A DNA stretch of 34,512 nt. It comes from an uncultured Clostridium sp. (GTDB lineage Bacteria; Bacillota; Clostridia; Oscillospirales; CAG-272). Shown in pieces: positions 16,226-23,688 of this stretch. Position numbers and translations under genes: made by a program. The stretch's first letter is position 1. The number at the start of each line of letters is the position of its first letter. The notes beneath the pieces were generated by a model, which saw only the letters and a program-made list of their open reading frames with translations, was not told the DNA's origin and ran no database searches. Location of the stretch: positions 5,965 to 40,476 of the forward strand of contig CAZQAI010000001.1 of NCBI GenBank assembly GCA_964591305.1, in the 5' to 3' direction.

Positions 16226-16924
16226 ATGATCGACCTTGCCTGTCATACCGAACCCTTTACCTTTGATGCGTTGGACGATACCACCTGTGCCGTCACCGGT
16301 TTGTGTGTTCCCCATCCTGTCCGCCTGTCCATTCCCGGACAAGCCCCTGATGGCCGTACCGTTGTCGCCATCGCAGACCGGGCCTTCACCGGCTGTACCT
16401 CACTGCGTACAGTCTCTATTCCGGACAGTGTGAGCCGGATCGGTGCGCGAGCCTTCGCTTTCTGCACCTCGCTGCTTGAAGTACGGATTGGCCAGGATAG
16501 CCGCCTTGAAGAAATAGGAAGCCGAGCATTCATGGGTTGCGAATGCCTGTCATGGCTACGTGTAGGACATTTGACTCACCTGTCGGTTTGCGGAGACAAT
16601 GCCTTTGCCTATTGCACCCGATTGTGCCATGTTATTTTGCCTGACTCCCTGTCTGTTCTGCCGGATGGCATGTTCACCGGCTGTCGCAAACTGCAGTGTG
16701 TCCGTTTACCGAGCACACTGACCCGTATTGGAGCCGGTACCTTCTCCACTTGCACATCACTTTCCACGATGTACCTGCCTGACAGCGTCAGCTTCATTGG
16801 GGAATCGGCCTTCGCTTGCTGTGATGCTCTTACCTGCATTCGCCTACCAGACTCCGTCTGCTTTGTTTCCGCAACTGCTTTCATGGACTGCCCCGCTCTC
16901 TCCGATATTCTCGGTGTAGGATGA
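16226..16924 (+). CDS. Leucine-rich repeat protein (BspA/LRR_5-like), no signal peptide
   Basis: Repeated ~23-25-aa units of the form IPDSVSRIGARAFAFCTSL / LPDSLSVLPDGMFTGCRKL / LPSTLTRIGAGTFSTCTSL / LPDSVSFIGESAFACCDAL. ATG 16226 follows AAGGAGG (16211-16217); the track ORF starts at GTG 16202. Confidence 0.8.
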   Translation: MIDLACHTEPFTFDALDDTTCAVTGLCVPHPVRLSIPGQAPDGRTVVAIADRAFTGCTSLRTVSIPDSVSRIGARAFAFCTSLLEVRIGQDSRLEEIGSRAFMGCECLSWLRVGHLTHLSVCGDNAFAYCTRLCHVILPDSLSVLPDGMFTGCRKLQCVRLPSTLTRIGAGTFSTCTSLSTMYLPDSVSFIGESAFACCDALTCIRLPDSVCFVSATAFMDCPALSDILGVG

Positions 16925-17061
16925 TCCTCCGAATATCGGCTTTGAATATCCTCATAGAATCTCTTTGACAGCTTCAGGTGGCTGCTTTTTCGGGTTGAGC
17001 AACGGTAATCAGGATGTCCATGCGAAGAAGGTGTGGAGACTGTCAAGACAGGAGGTGTCGT

Positions 17062-17172
17062 ATGACTGCATATGCACCGCAGGAAACAGAATGGATCAAA
17101 AGCCAGATCAGAAACTATAACTGTCACGCAGGAGATAAAAAGGCCTTGGTAAAAGTGATTGATATATATTGA
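17062..17172 (+). CDS. Unlisted small ORF, 36 aa (MTAYAPQETEWIKSQIRNYNCHAGDKKALVKVIDIY); alternative in-frame start at 17014 gives 52 aa
   Basis: It is below the 60-aa cutoff of the track. GGAGG (17051-17055) lies 6 nt before ATG 17062. The TGA is at 17170-17172, and a strong terminator starts 32 nt downstream. The in-frame ATG 17014 would add MSMRRRCGDCQDRRCR but has a poor SD. Confidence 0.45.
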   Translation: MTAYAPQETEWIKSQIRNYNCHAGDKKALVKVIDIY

Positions 17173-17203
17173 CCTGAAAGAGCTGCGAATGGTGGTACAA
17201 CGG

Positions 17204-17243
17204 AAAGACGTTGAGAGGTAAGGTTTCTCAACGTCTTTTTTTT
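17204..17243 (+). terminator. Rho-independent terminator after the small ORF
   Basis: A 13-bp perfect stem AAAGACGTTGAGA (17204-17216) / TCTCAACGTCTTT (17226-17238), then a T-run to 17243. Confidence 0.8.
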
Positions 17244-17403
17244 GAATCATATATGTAAGGCAATAAGCGTGAAATTACATACAGCAACAGTCATGACATG
17301 GCTCGGAGCTCCTTTTCAGAGGCTCCAAGCGCCCCAGGTGTTCTCCTGTCCCCATTTGAACGGCAAAAAATGGCACACTTGGCTTTATTTTTTGAAAACC
17401 CCC

Positions 17404-17434
17404 TTGACTTTGACGCGATGTCGCAGTTTATACT
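17404..17434 (+). promoter_or_regulatory. MerR-type promoter with a 19-bp spacer
   Basis: TTGACT (17404-17409), the 19-nt spacer ttgacgcgatgtcgcagtt, then TATACT (17429-17434). The short dyad GCGA-tg-TCGC (17415-17424) is centred in the spacer. It lies about 40 nt upstream of the merR-family start. Confidence 0.55.
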
Positions 17435-17474
17435 AAGCGTGCCCGCTTCAACGGGACTAAAATTCAGAGGTGAC

Positions 17475-18284
17475 ATGATGTTGGAACTAACCACAATCAG
17501 CGAAATTTCAAAGACAATGAACATATCCACCCGCACGCTTCGTTACTATGAACAGATCGGTTTGATTCAAAGTGTGAAAAAAAGCGATTACGCCTACCGC
17601 ACCTATGATGACGCGACGATTACCCGCCTACAGCAAATCCTGGTACTTCGTAAACTCCGTATACCACTCAAGCAAATTTCCATTATATTGAACGCAGAAA
17701 ACACGGCAGACATCATAGACACCTTCCAGAGAAATCTGGCCGAGGTAGACGATGAAATCACCGCGTTGTCCACGATCCGCGATATAATCAACATATTTAT
17801 TCAGCGTTTAAAAGAAAGTACTCATCAGGATATTAAGTTCAACATTTTGGATGATACCGCTCTGTCGGAAGCCGTGGATGCATTGACTGTGCAGAAAATT
17901 CCGCTTAAAGGAGAAAGAACAGCAGCCGATTTGGAACAGGCCAGTCAAAAGCTCAGCAAACTCACAGATCGGGATGTGCGGATTATATATCTGCCTCCGG
18001 CTACGGTTGCATCAGTCTATGCCAAAGGCACAGAGCCAGGGCCTGAAATAGTCAGCGACGCTCTCTTACAAAAATTCATAAAGGACACAAATCTCCAGGA
18101 GGTTTACCCTGCCGCAAGACATTTCGGCTTTAACAACCCTGACGAACCTGTTCACGGGGAAGGACACGGATACGAACGCTATATCACAATCCCCGATGAT
18201 ATGGATGTATGCGAGCCCTTAGTAAAGAAACACTTTATCGGCGGATTATACGCGGTAAAAACAATACAGATAAAGACAAAGTAA
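17475..18284 (+). CDS. MerR-family transcriptional regulator with a C-terminal effector-binding-like domain
   Basis: MMLELTTISEISKTMNISTRTLRYYEQIGLI is the MerR helix-turn-helix, followed by a coiled-coil region and a ~130-aa C-terminal domain. ATG 17475/17478 follows AGAGGTGA; the track ORF (17298) is an upstream run-on. Confidence 0.88.
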   Translation: MMLELTTISEISKTMNISTRTLRYYEQIGLIQSVKKSDYAYRTYDDATITRLQQILVLRKLRIPLKQISIILNAENTADIIDTFQRNLAEVDDEITALSTIRDIINIFIQRLKESTHQDIKFNILDDTALSEAVDALTVQKIPLKGERTAADLEQASQKLSKLTDRDVRIIYLPPATVASVYAKGTEPGPEIVSDALLQKFIKDTNLQEVYPAARHFGFNNPDEPVHGEGHGYERYITIPDDMDVCEPLVKKHFIGGLYAVKTIQIKTK

Positions 18285-18299
18285 GCACGCATCACGGAC

Positions 18300-18336
18300 A
18301 ACCCACGCGGCCGGCATGCACCGGCCAGGTTGGGTT
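18300..18336. terminator. GC-rich hairpin between convergent merR and htrA (no U-run on either strand)
   Basis: AACCCA...GGCCGG-catgca-CCGGCC...TGGGTT. Confidence 0.35.
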
Positions 18337-18408
18337 CAACTTCGTATCCACACATCCATTTCACTCTTATCCGGAGGTTCAAACAGGCGTTCAAATTTAT
18401 TTCTCAGA

Positions 18409-19959
18409 TCAGTCAGGCATGGCGGATAGGGTGATGGACAGGATCAGGGTTTTTCCATCCCGATAGACATCCACTGTTACGGTATCGCCCGCATAGTGAT
18501 CGTTGATTACATTGACCAGGCTGTTCATGCTGCCGACCTCCTGGCCTTCCACGGCTGTGATGATGTCATTTTTCCTGAGAACCCCGGAGGCTCCCATTCC
18601 GTCTGTGACAGAAGTCACCAGGATACCGGTCGCTTTGGGAGTCAACACTTCACTGGGTATACCTCCTTCCGCTAACACCTGCTCACGCACCGCCGAGGCA
18701 TCCTGATTGGTTACGTCATATATACGCCCGGCTTTATCATCCATGATATAGTCATGCTCCGCCTCCACATACACACCGACAATGCCCAGCAAAGGGCGTT
18801 TGAAGGAAAGAGTGGAATTGACGCTGTCGGCATTGCCATCCTTCATGATGGCCTCGAGAATTTCCAATGCGCCGTCGGACGGGATAGCAAAGCCGATACC
18901 CTCATACCCGCCTGCCAGCTTCATGGACACAATCCCCACTACCTGACCGTCTGCGTTGACAAGGGGGCCGCCGGAATTACCCGGATTGACCTTTGCATCT
19001 GTCTGGATCAGACGAAGCTTTTTTGTCATCGTGCCGGTCTCGTCGTACTGCCGCACCTCCCGATTCACATATGAGATGATACCTCTGGTGGTCGTCCAGG
19101 AAAAATCCGAACCGGCTGGGGTGCCAATGGCGAATACCGTCTGTCCCACATAACAATCATTGGAATCAGCAAAGGTGGCAGGTATAAGGCCATTCTGATC
19201 CACCTTGATGACAGCCAGATCGTCCATCGCAGAGGAGCCTATCACAGTGGCATATGCGGACTCACCGTTCAAGAAGCTGACACGGATCTTGGTGGCGCCC
19301 TCTATGACATGGTGATTGGTGGCGATATATCCGTCACTTGTCATGACAACGCCTGTTCCGGTTCCGCTTCCGTCCTCTGTAATCACCTCGATCACCACCA
19401 CCGATTGCTTGCTGGCCTCCACCGGGCTCATGTCTTCCCTTGTCACCGGATCGTGATCGGCATACCCATCGCTTGTCAGGATATTGTCCGTCCATGCGTT
19501 GTCTCCTGCTGTCATAAACAGCACTCCTAAAAGAATTCCGAAGCTGACAGCAAACACCCCTGTCATGACCAGGGCATACACCCACAGTCCGGTGTGCTTT
19601 TTCTTTTTTCCCTGCCCTGCATCTGTGTCTGCAGCTCGTACAGCCGCTTCATCATGAGCCTTCTGCTCAGCATATGTCCAACGGTAGACAGTGTTCTTCT
19701 GCCTGGGTGTAGCATCCTCTGTCATGGCCTGCAGTGCGTTTCCTTGCGAATCTGTACACGCAGGTGGGTTTTCAGGCTGGACTTCCGATGCATCCGAAAA
19801 TGCCGCTTGGTGATGATCCGAAGGGACCGCCTCAGGAGCATTTGCGGAAGCGGTTTGAGGTGCTTCCTTGGGCGTATCTTCAGATGCCGGGTCGGAAACC
19901 GGCTCCTGCGGATCCTGCCCGGCAGCGGAATCCTGCTTGTCAAATTCGTTTTCGTTCAT
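18409..19959 (-). CDS. htrA: HtrA/DegP-family serine protease (S1C) with N-terminal disordered region, one TM helix and a C-terminal PDZ domain
   Basis: YIATNHHVIEG carries the catalytic His and GNSGGPLVNADGQVVGIVS the catalytic Ser. The TM segment is LWVYALVMTGVFAVSFGILLGVLFM. The ATG follows GAGGTGA. Confidence 0.92.
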   Translation of the reverse strand: MNENEFDKQDSAAGQDPQEPVSDPASEDTPKEAPQTASANAPEAVPSDHHQAAFSDASEVQPENPPACTDSQGNALQAMTEDATPRQKNTVYRWTYAEQKAHDEAAVRAADTDAGQGKKKKHTGLWVYALVMTGVFAVSFGILLGVLFMTAGDNAWTDNILTSDGYADHDPVTREDMSPVEASKQSVVVIEVITEDGSGTGTGVVMTSDGYIATNHHVIEGATKIRVSFLNGESAYATVIGSSAMDDLAVIKVDQNGLIPATFADSNDCYVGQTVFAIGTPAGSDFSWTTTRGIISYVNREVRQYDETGTMTKKLRLIQTDAKVNPGNSGGPLVNADGQVVGIVSMKLAGGYEGIGFAIPSDGALEILEAIMKDGNADSVNSTLSFKRPLLGIVGVYVEAEHDYIMDDKAGRIYDVTNQDASAVREQVLAEGGIPSEVLTPKATGILVTSVTDGMGASGVLRKNDIITAVEGQEVGSMNSLVNVINDHYAGDTVTVDVYRDGKTLILSITLSAMPD

Positions 19960-20189
19960 ACAATCACCTCAACGATCCTCAGGTATTGATCGGGCATTCA
20001 GCGGATGTCTGCGGGCATGATCCAATGCAGCATTCATCCAGACGATTGGTCAGTGGTTTCCGGCAGGGTTTCTTGTCCCCATTATACCCGGTTCCTATCC
20101 CATTCACTCATATCGGCTCAGGGACTGACCGACGGAATCTACGGTGTATGTGTACACATCCATCAGCAAACAACTCCGCTGTGCGACAT

Positions 20190-20882
20190 TCAGTCTAATA
20201 ACTCAAATTTATAACCTACGCCCCATACTGTCTTAAGTACCCACTTATCCGATACGCCATCCAGTTTTTCCCTCAATCTCTTGACATGGACATCAACGGT
20301 TCTGGAATCTCCCAGGTAATCAAACCCCCACACCTTGTCCAAAAGGGCATCCCTGGTGAATACACGGTTATAATTTGAAGCCAGGAAATAGAGAAGCTGA
20401 AGTTCCTTAGGCGGAATGTCCACAGGCTTTCCCTTGAGCTTGAGCTCGTACTTTTGCTTGTTGATCTCGATGTTGTCAAAGCGAACCACTTCATCGCTGC
20501 CTTGGTTGTCATGCACCTGATACCTGCGGAGCACAGCCTTTACGCGGGCCGACAGCTCCTTGATGTCGAACGGCTTGACAACAAAGTCATCAGCACCCAG
20601 CTCCAATCCCAGCACCTTATCAAATACCTCGCTCTTAGCCGTAACTATGATAATAGGCTTAGCTGACATCTCGCGGATTTCCCGGCACACCTGCCATCCG
20701 TCCTTTTTAGGAAGCATGATATCAAGAAGGGTAAGATCCGGCTCATACAGCTTGAAGGTATTGATCCCCTCTGTTCCATCGGCTGCCGTTCTGACTTCAT
20801 ACCCTTCATTTTCAAAATACATTTTCAAAAGGTCGCTGATATTGGGATCATCATCCACAACAAGAATTTTCGTGTCAACCAT
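20190..20882 (-). CDS. OmpR/PhoB-family response regulator; no cognate kinase in the window
   Basis: The receiver domain has all the phospho-acceptor residues (VVDDDP, LLDIMLP, IVTAK, VVKPF). The winged-helix output domain is present (VWGFDYLGDSRTVDVHVKRLREKL). ATG 20882 (MVDTKILVV) follows AGGAGG; the track start 20918 is a run-on. Confidence 0.9.
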   Translation of the reverse strand: MVDTKILVVDDDPNISDLLKMYFENEGYEVRTAADGTEGINTFKLYEPDLTLLDIMLPKKDGWQVCREIREMSAKPIIIVTAKSEVFDKVLGLELGADDFVVKPFDIKELSARVKAVLRRYQVHDNQGSDEVVRFDNIEINKQKYELKLKGKPVDIPPKELQLLYFLASNYNRVFTRDALLDKVWGFDYLGDSRTVDVHVKRLREKLDGVSDKWVLKTVWGVGYKFELLD

Positions 20883-21283
20883 ATGACTCGTCCTCCTGAT
20901 TCCCTGGGTGCTGTCCACATATGAATAACCGTGCCCTTTTCATACAAGCTGCCGTCCTGACGGCATATCTGCTTGCGTAATGGACGGCATTCCGTACCGT
21001 ACGGATTGCGTAGCGTTGCCTTAAGGCAGCATCGCCCCGTTCGGAAAGCCTGCCAAGCAAACAATCATCACCCTGTATCCCATATCGTCCCCTGTTCCAT
21101 ACCGTGCAGAGTTCCTGATCCCTACTTGGGAAACCGCATGATAGTGTCAACGGATTTCGTATTCGTTCGCTTATCTCACATTTCATCTTTCATTTTATTT
21201 TATAACTTCATTGCGGTTTCTGCGTGAACAAATGATGAATTTTGGGAAAAAAGTGTGACAGCATCCTCCCAGAATGCGTTTGT

Positions 21284-21312
21284 ATTATATCACATCTTTT
21301 CTAAATTGTAAA
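21284..21312 (-). promoter_or_regulatory. Near-consensus promoter about 390 nt upstream of the response-regulator gene
   Basis: The minus strand reads TTTACA-atttagaaaagatgtga(17 nt)-TATAAT with a TGa extended -10. The -35 is at 21312-21307 and the -10 at 21289-21284. Confidence 0.6.
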
Positions 21313-21347
21313 GAGTTTTCAACAGAAAAGTTTCTAAATTTTCAACA
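21299..21347 (-). promoter_or_regulatory. Interleaved direct repeats overlapping and upstream of the -35
   Basis: The plus strand has TTCTAAATT at 21299-21307 and 21332-21340, and TTTTCAACA at 21316-21324 and 21339-21347. Confidence 0.45.
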
Positions 21348-21519
21348 AAATGTTACGACCCGATTTTTTACAAACGCAGGGGGCTGACATTGCAGACACG
21401 CCGCCCGTTACGCAAGCCAATGCGTTTCCAGGCGGTAACTGTAAATGGTACGCGTATGTGCGGTGTTGCCTGATTGAATGCAAACACCTGGAAAACGGCA
21501 GCCTTAACGGACAGTAGGC

Positions 21520-21558
21520 AAAAAAAGAGAAGGGGCGTTGCCTTACGCAACGGCCCCT
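21520..21558 (-). terminator. Rho-independent terminator ending the long minus-strand array after rsfS
   Basis: Stem AGGGGCGTTGC / GCAACGGCCCCT (21531-21558). The minus reading is followed by UCUCUUUUUUU (complement of 21520-21530). Confidence 0.8.
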
Positions 21559-21625
21559 CAAAATGGGCGATCGGACGCTGTCCATGTGAGACGGCTCGCA
21601 CCCTCGCGGAATCGTGATGCTTGCA

Positions 21626-22024
21626 TTAATCCCCATACAGCTTATCCAGGTTGTAGAACTCCCGAGTCTCTCTGGTAAAGATATGAACCATAACATGTGC
21701 GTAATCCAAAGCAATCCAGTTGCGGTTATCACGGCCCTCCACATGGAGCGGTTCCACCATGCGACGGCTCATTTGGTACTCTACCTCCCTACCCAATGAC
21801 TGCACGTGCGTAGAGGATGAGCCGGTTGCCAGCACCATATAGTCGCATATATCGGTTTTGCCTGTCATGGAGATAATCCGGATCTCCTTTGCCTTCTTGG
21901 CATCAAGAAAACCGGCGATCGCATTGGCCAGCGTCTCGGCATTCGCCTCGGTCAAAGGTTGTGGTTTCTCCTCAAGAGGCCTGTCACTGTTTCCATTCAT
22001 TTCGTCCAACATATTGTAGACCAT
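21626..22024 (-). CDS. rsfS: Ribosome silencing factor RsfS (Iojap family)
   Basis: DICDYMVLATGSSSTHVQSL...WIALDYAHVMVHIFTRETREFYNLDKLYGD is a typical RsfS core. The start may be an internal ATG (22012 or 22000). Confidence 0.9.
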   Translation of the reverse strand: MVYNMLDEMNGNSDRPLEEKPQPLTEANAETLANAIAGFLDAKKAKEIRIISMTGKTDICDYMVLATGSSSTHVQSLGREVEYQMSRRMVEPLHVEGRDNRNWIALDYAHVMVHIFTRETREFYNLDKLYGD

Positions 22025-22052
22025 TCCTTTCTATACATAACATCGAGTACCG

Positions 22053-22721
22053 CTACGACTGTCTGCTGGCTGCCTGTTCGTACAACAGTTCATTCCGTGC
22101 CAAGGCAGTGTCAGGGCTTATAGGCACACCCTCTGCGATCAATGTGGCCATGGTCATATCATAGGATGTGATGAGAACTGTGCGAAGATGCACCAGCCTC
22201 TGCTCCGGAGTCATAGCCTCCGGAGCCGGCCCCCAGAACAGGTTGCGTAGGTTCACGCAGTCCGTAAAGGTGCGAGAATCATCAATATAATCTGCCAGGT
22301 ACAGCAGCCTTTCGGTCAGGGTCATCCCCACATGTCCGGTGGTATGCCAGCGTACAGCCGACACCACCAACGGATGCGCAAAGGCCGGGTAACGCTCCGG
22401 TATCAAGGCGGCAGCAGTTTTTGCATGGAAGCACTTGGGGGCCAGCTCGTCTCCCCGCTCCCGGGGAATACCCAGACGTTGACAAAGCGACAGCTGACCG
22501 GCCAGATCAACCTCCTTTGTCACATCGTGTAAAAGGGCAGCGGCTCGGAGCAGATTTTCATACTCCGGACAATACAATTCCGCCAGTCTGGCTACCATGC
22601 GTTCAACAGCCAGGGTGTGCGTCAACCGCTTTGCGGACATGCTTTGCCCCACAGATTGGCGCAAAGAGGCCAACTCCGCCTCCCCCCATGAAACCGGTTC
22701 TTGCGTGTCATGATCGTTCAT
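22053..22721 (-). CDS. yqeK: HD-domain bis(5'-nucleosyl)-tetraphosphatase YqeK
   Basis: RLTHTLAVERM...AALLHDVTKE is the HD motif. It occupies the conserved position after nadD and overlaps the nadD stop by 4 nt (ATGA). Confidence 0.85.
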   Translation of the reverse strand: MNDHDTQEPVSWGEAELASLRQSVGQSMSAKRLTHTLAVERMVARLAELYCPEYENLLRAAALLHDVTKEVDLAGQLSLCQRLGIPRERGDELAPKCFHAKTAAALIPERYPAFAHPLVVSAVRWHTTGHVGMTLTERLLYLADYIDDSRTFTDCVNLRNLFWGPAPEAMTPEQRLVHLRTVLITSYDMTMATLIAEGVPISPDTALARNELLYEQAASRQS

Positions 22722-23332
22722 GATGGATCACTCTCCTCATATAAATGCTTCTTGCGGATATAAGCAGCCACATCCGGCGGGACAAGGTTTTCCACACACG
22801 CACCGGTTGCTACCGCAGCCCGGATCTGCGAGGAGGACATGTCTATGACCGGGGCTACAATACGCCGGACAACCTTGCCGTATCGCTCTCGATACAGGGC
22901 AATTTTTCTGATAATCTCACTGTCCTGCGTCCTGTCATCCTCACGGCGTATATAGACAGGATAACATAAGCGAAAGATCTCCTCCGGTTCCCGCCACTGA
23001 TCCAATGTCAGCATCATGTCGGTACCGCATAACAGGAACAAGCGGTCACCGGGACGGCTCAGCGCTCTCAGCGTGTCCACTGTGTAGCTCTTGCCTTCCC
23101 GGCGAATCTCCATATCGCTGATCACAACGCCCTCCACACCCGCAAAAGCCAGACGGAGCATGTTCAATCTGTCAGTGGCGGTAGCGTCGCCATGCATGAC
23201 CTTATGCGGTGTGATGCCTGTAGGGATCACATACAGGACATCCAGCCACAGCTGTTCCATGAAGGCCTTTGCGGCTGCCACATGGCCGTTGTGAACCGGG
23301 GAAAAGGTGCCCCCATATACGCCTGTTCGCAT
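22718..23332 (-). CDS. nadD: Nicotinate-nucleotide adenylyltransferase
   Basis: GVYGGTFSPVHNGH is the G-x-F-x-P-x-H-x-G-H motif. Length 204 aa. Confidence 0.92.
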   Translation of the reverse strand: MRTGVYGGTFSPVHNGHVAAAKAFMEQLWLDVLYVIPTGITPHKVMHGDATATDRLNMLRLAFAGVEGVVISDMEIRREGKSYTVDTLRALSRPGDRLFLLCGTDMMLTLDQWREPEEIFRLCYPVYIRREDDRTQDSEIIRKIALYRERYGKVVRRIVAPVIDMSSSQIRAAVATGACVENLVPPDVAAYIRKKHLYEESDPS

Positions 23333-23336
23333 GCTG

Positions 23337-23675
23337 TCACCGCGGCAGCTCGATGTGCCGGTTTTTCTGATTCAGCGAGCGGCGGAACAGGATCAGCTTC
23401 CGTCCGATCACACACACCACTGTGGCAGATAAAGCCTCTGCCAGCATTTCTGCTGCTTGGTTGGGTGTACAATCTGCGGTTTCCAGCACCGACAGCTTGA
23501 TGAGCTCCCTGGCCTCCAAGGCGTCCGAAACGGTTTTATACAGGTTTTCTGTCAATCCTCCCTTACCGATTTGCATGACAGCCGGCATATCGGCGGCCAG
23601 ACGGCGTAGGGATGCCCGCTGAGTGGATGTCAGGGGAACAGGGGTGGGATATGTGCTGTTTTGATCATGCATCAT
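23337..23675 (-). CDS. yhbY: YhbY-like CRM-domain RNA-binding protein
   Basis: LTSTQRASLRRLA...VMQIGKGGLTENL...ELIKLSVL is the YhbY signature. ATG 23675 (MMHDQ) follows AAAGGA; the track ORF (23765) overlaps the upstream gene and is a run-on. Confidence 0.85.
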   Translation of the reverse strand: MMHDQNSTYPTPVPLTSTQRASLRRLAADMPAVMQIGKGGLTENLYKTVSDALEARELIKLSVLETADCTPNQAAEMLAEALSATVVCVIGRKLILFRRSLNQKNRHIELPR

Positions 23676-23688
23676 GATACAATTCCTT

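Noticed and set aside
16903-16940. 9-bp inverted repeat CCGATATTC...GAATATCGG spanning the LRR stop codon
   Set aside because: It might be a weak terminator, but there is no U-run. I therefore assume read-through to the small ORF and do not call it as a feature.
16609-17250. 213-aa minus-strand ORF
   Set aside because: It runs antisense through the LRR gene, the small ORF and the strong plus-strand terminator. It has no SD and an implausible composition.
20875-21186. 103-aa minus-strand ORF (and the 79-aa ORF 20825-21064) in the response-regulator leader
   Set aside because: Neither has an SD, and they overlap each other and the true regulator start. I treat the region as a 5' UTR. Only the short SD-led uORF at 21083-21021 is mentioned, as a weak possibility.
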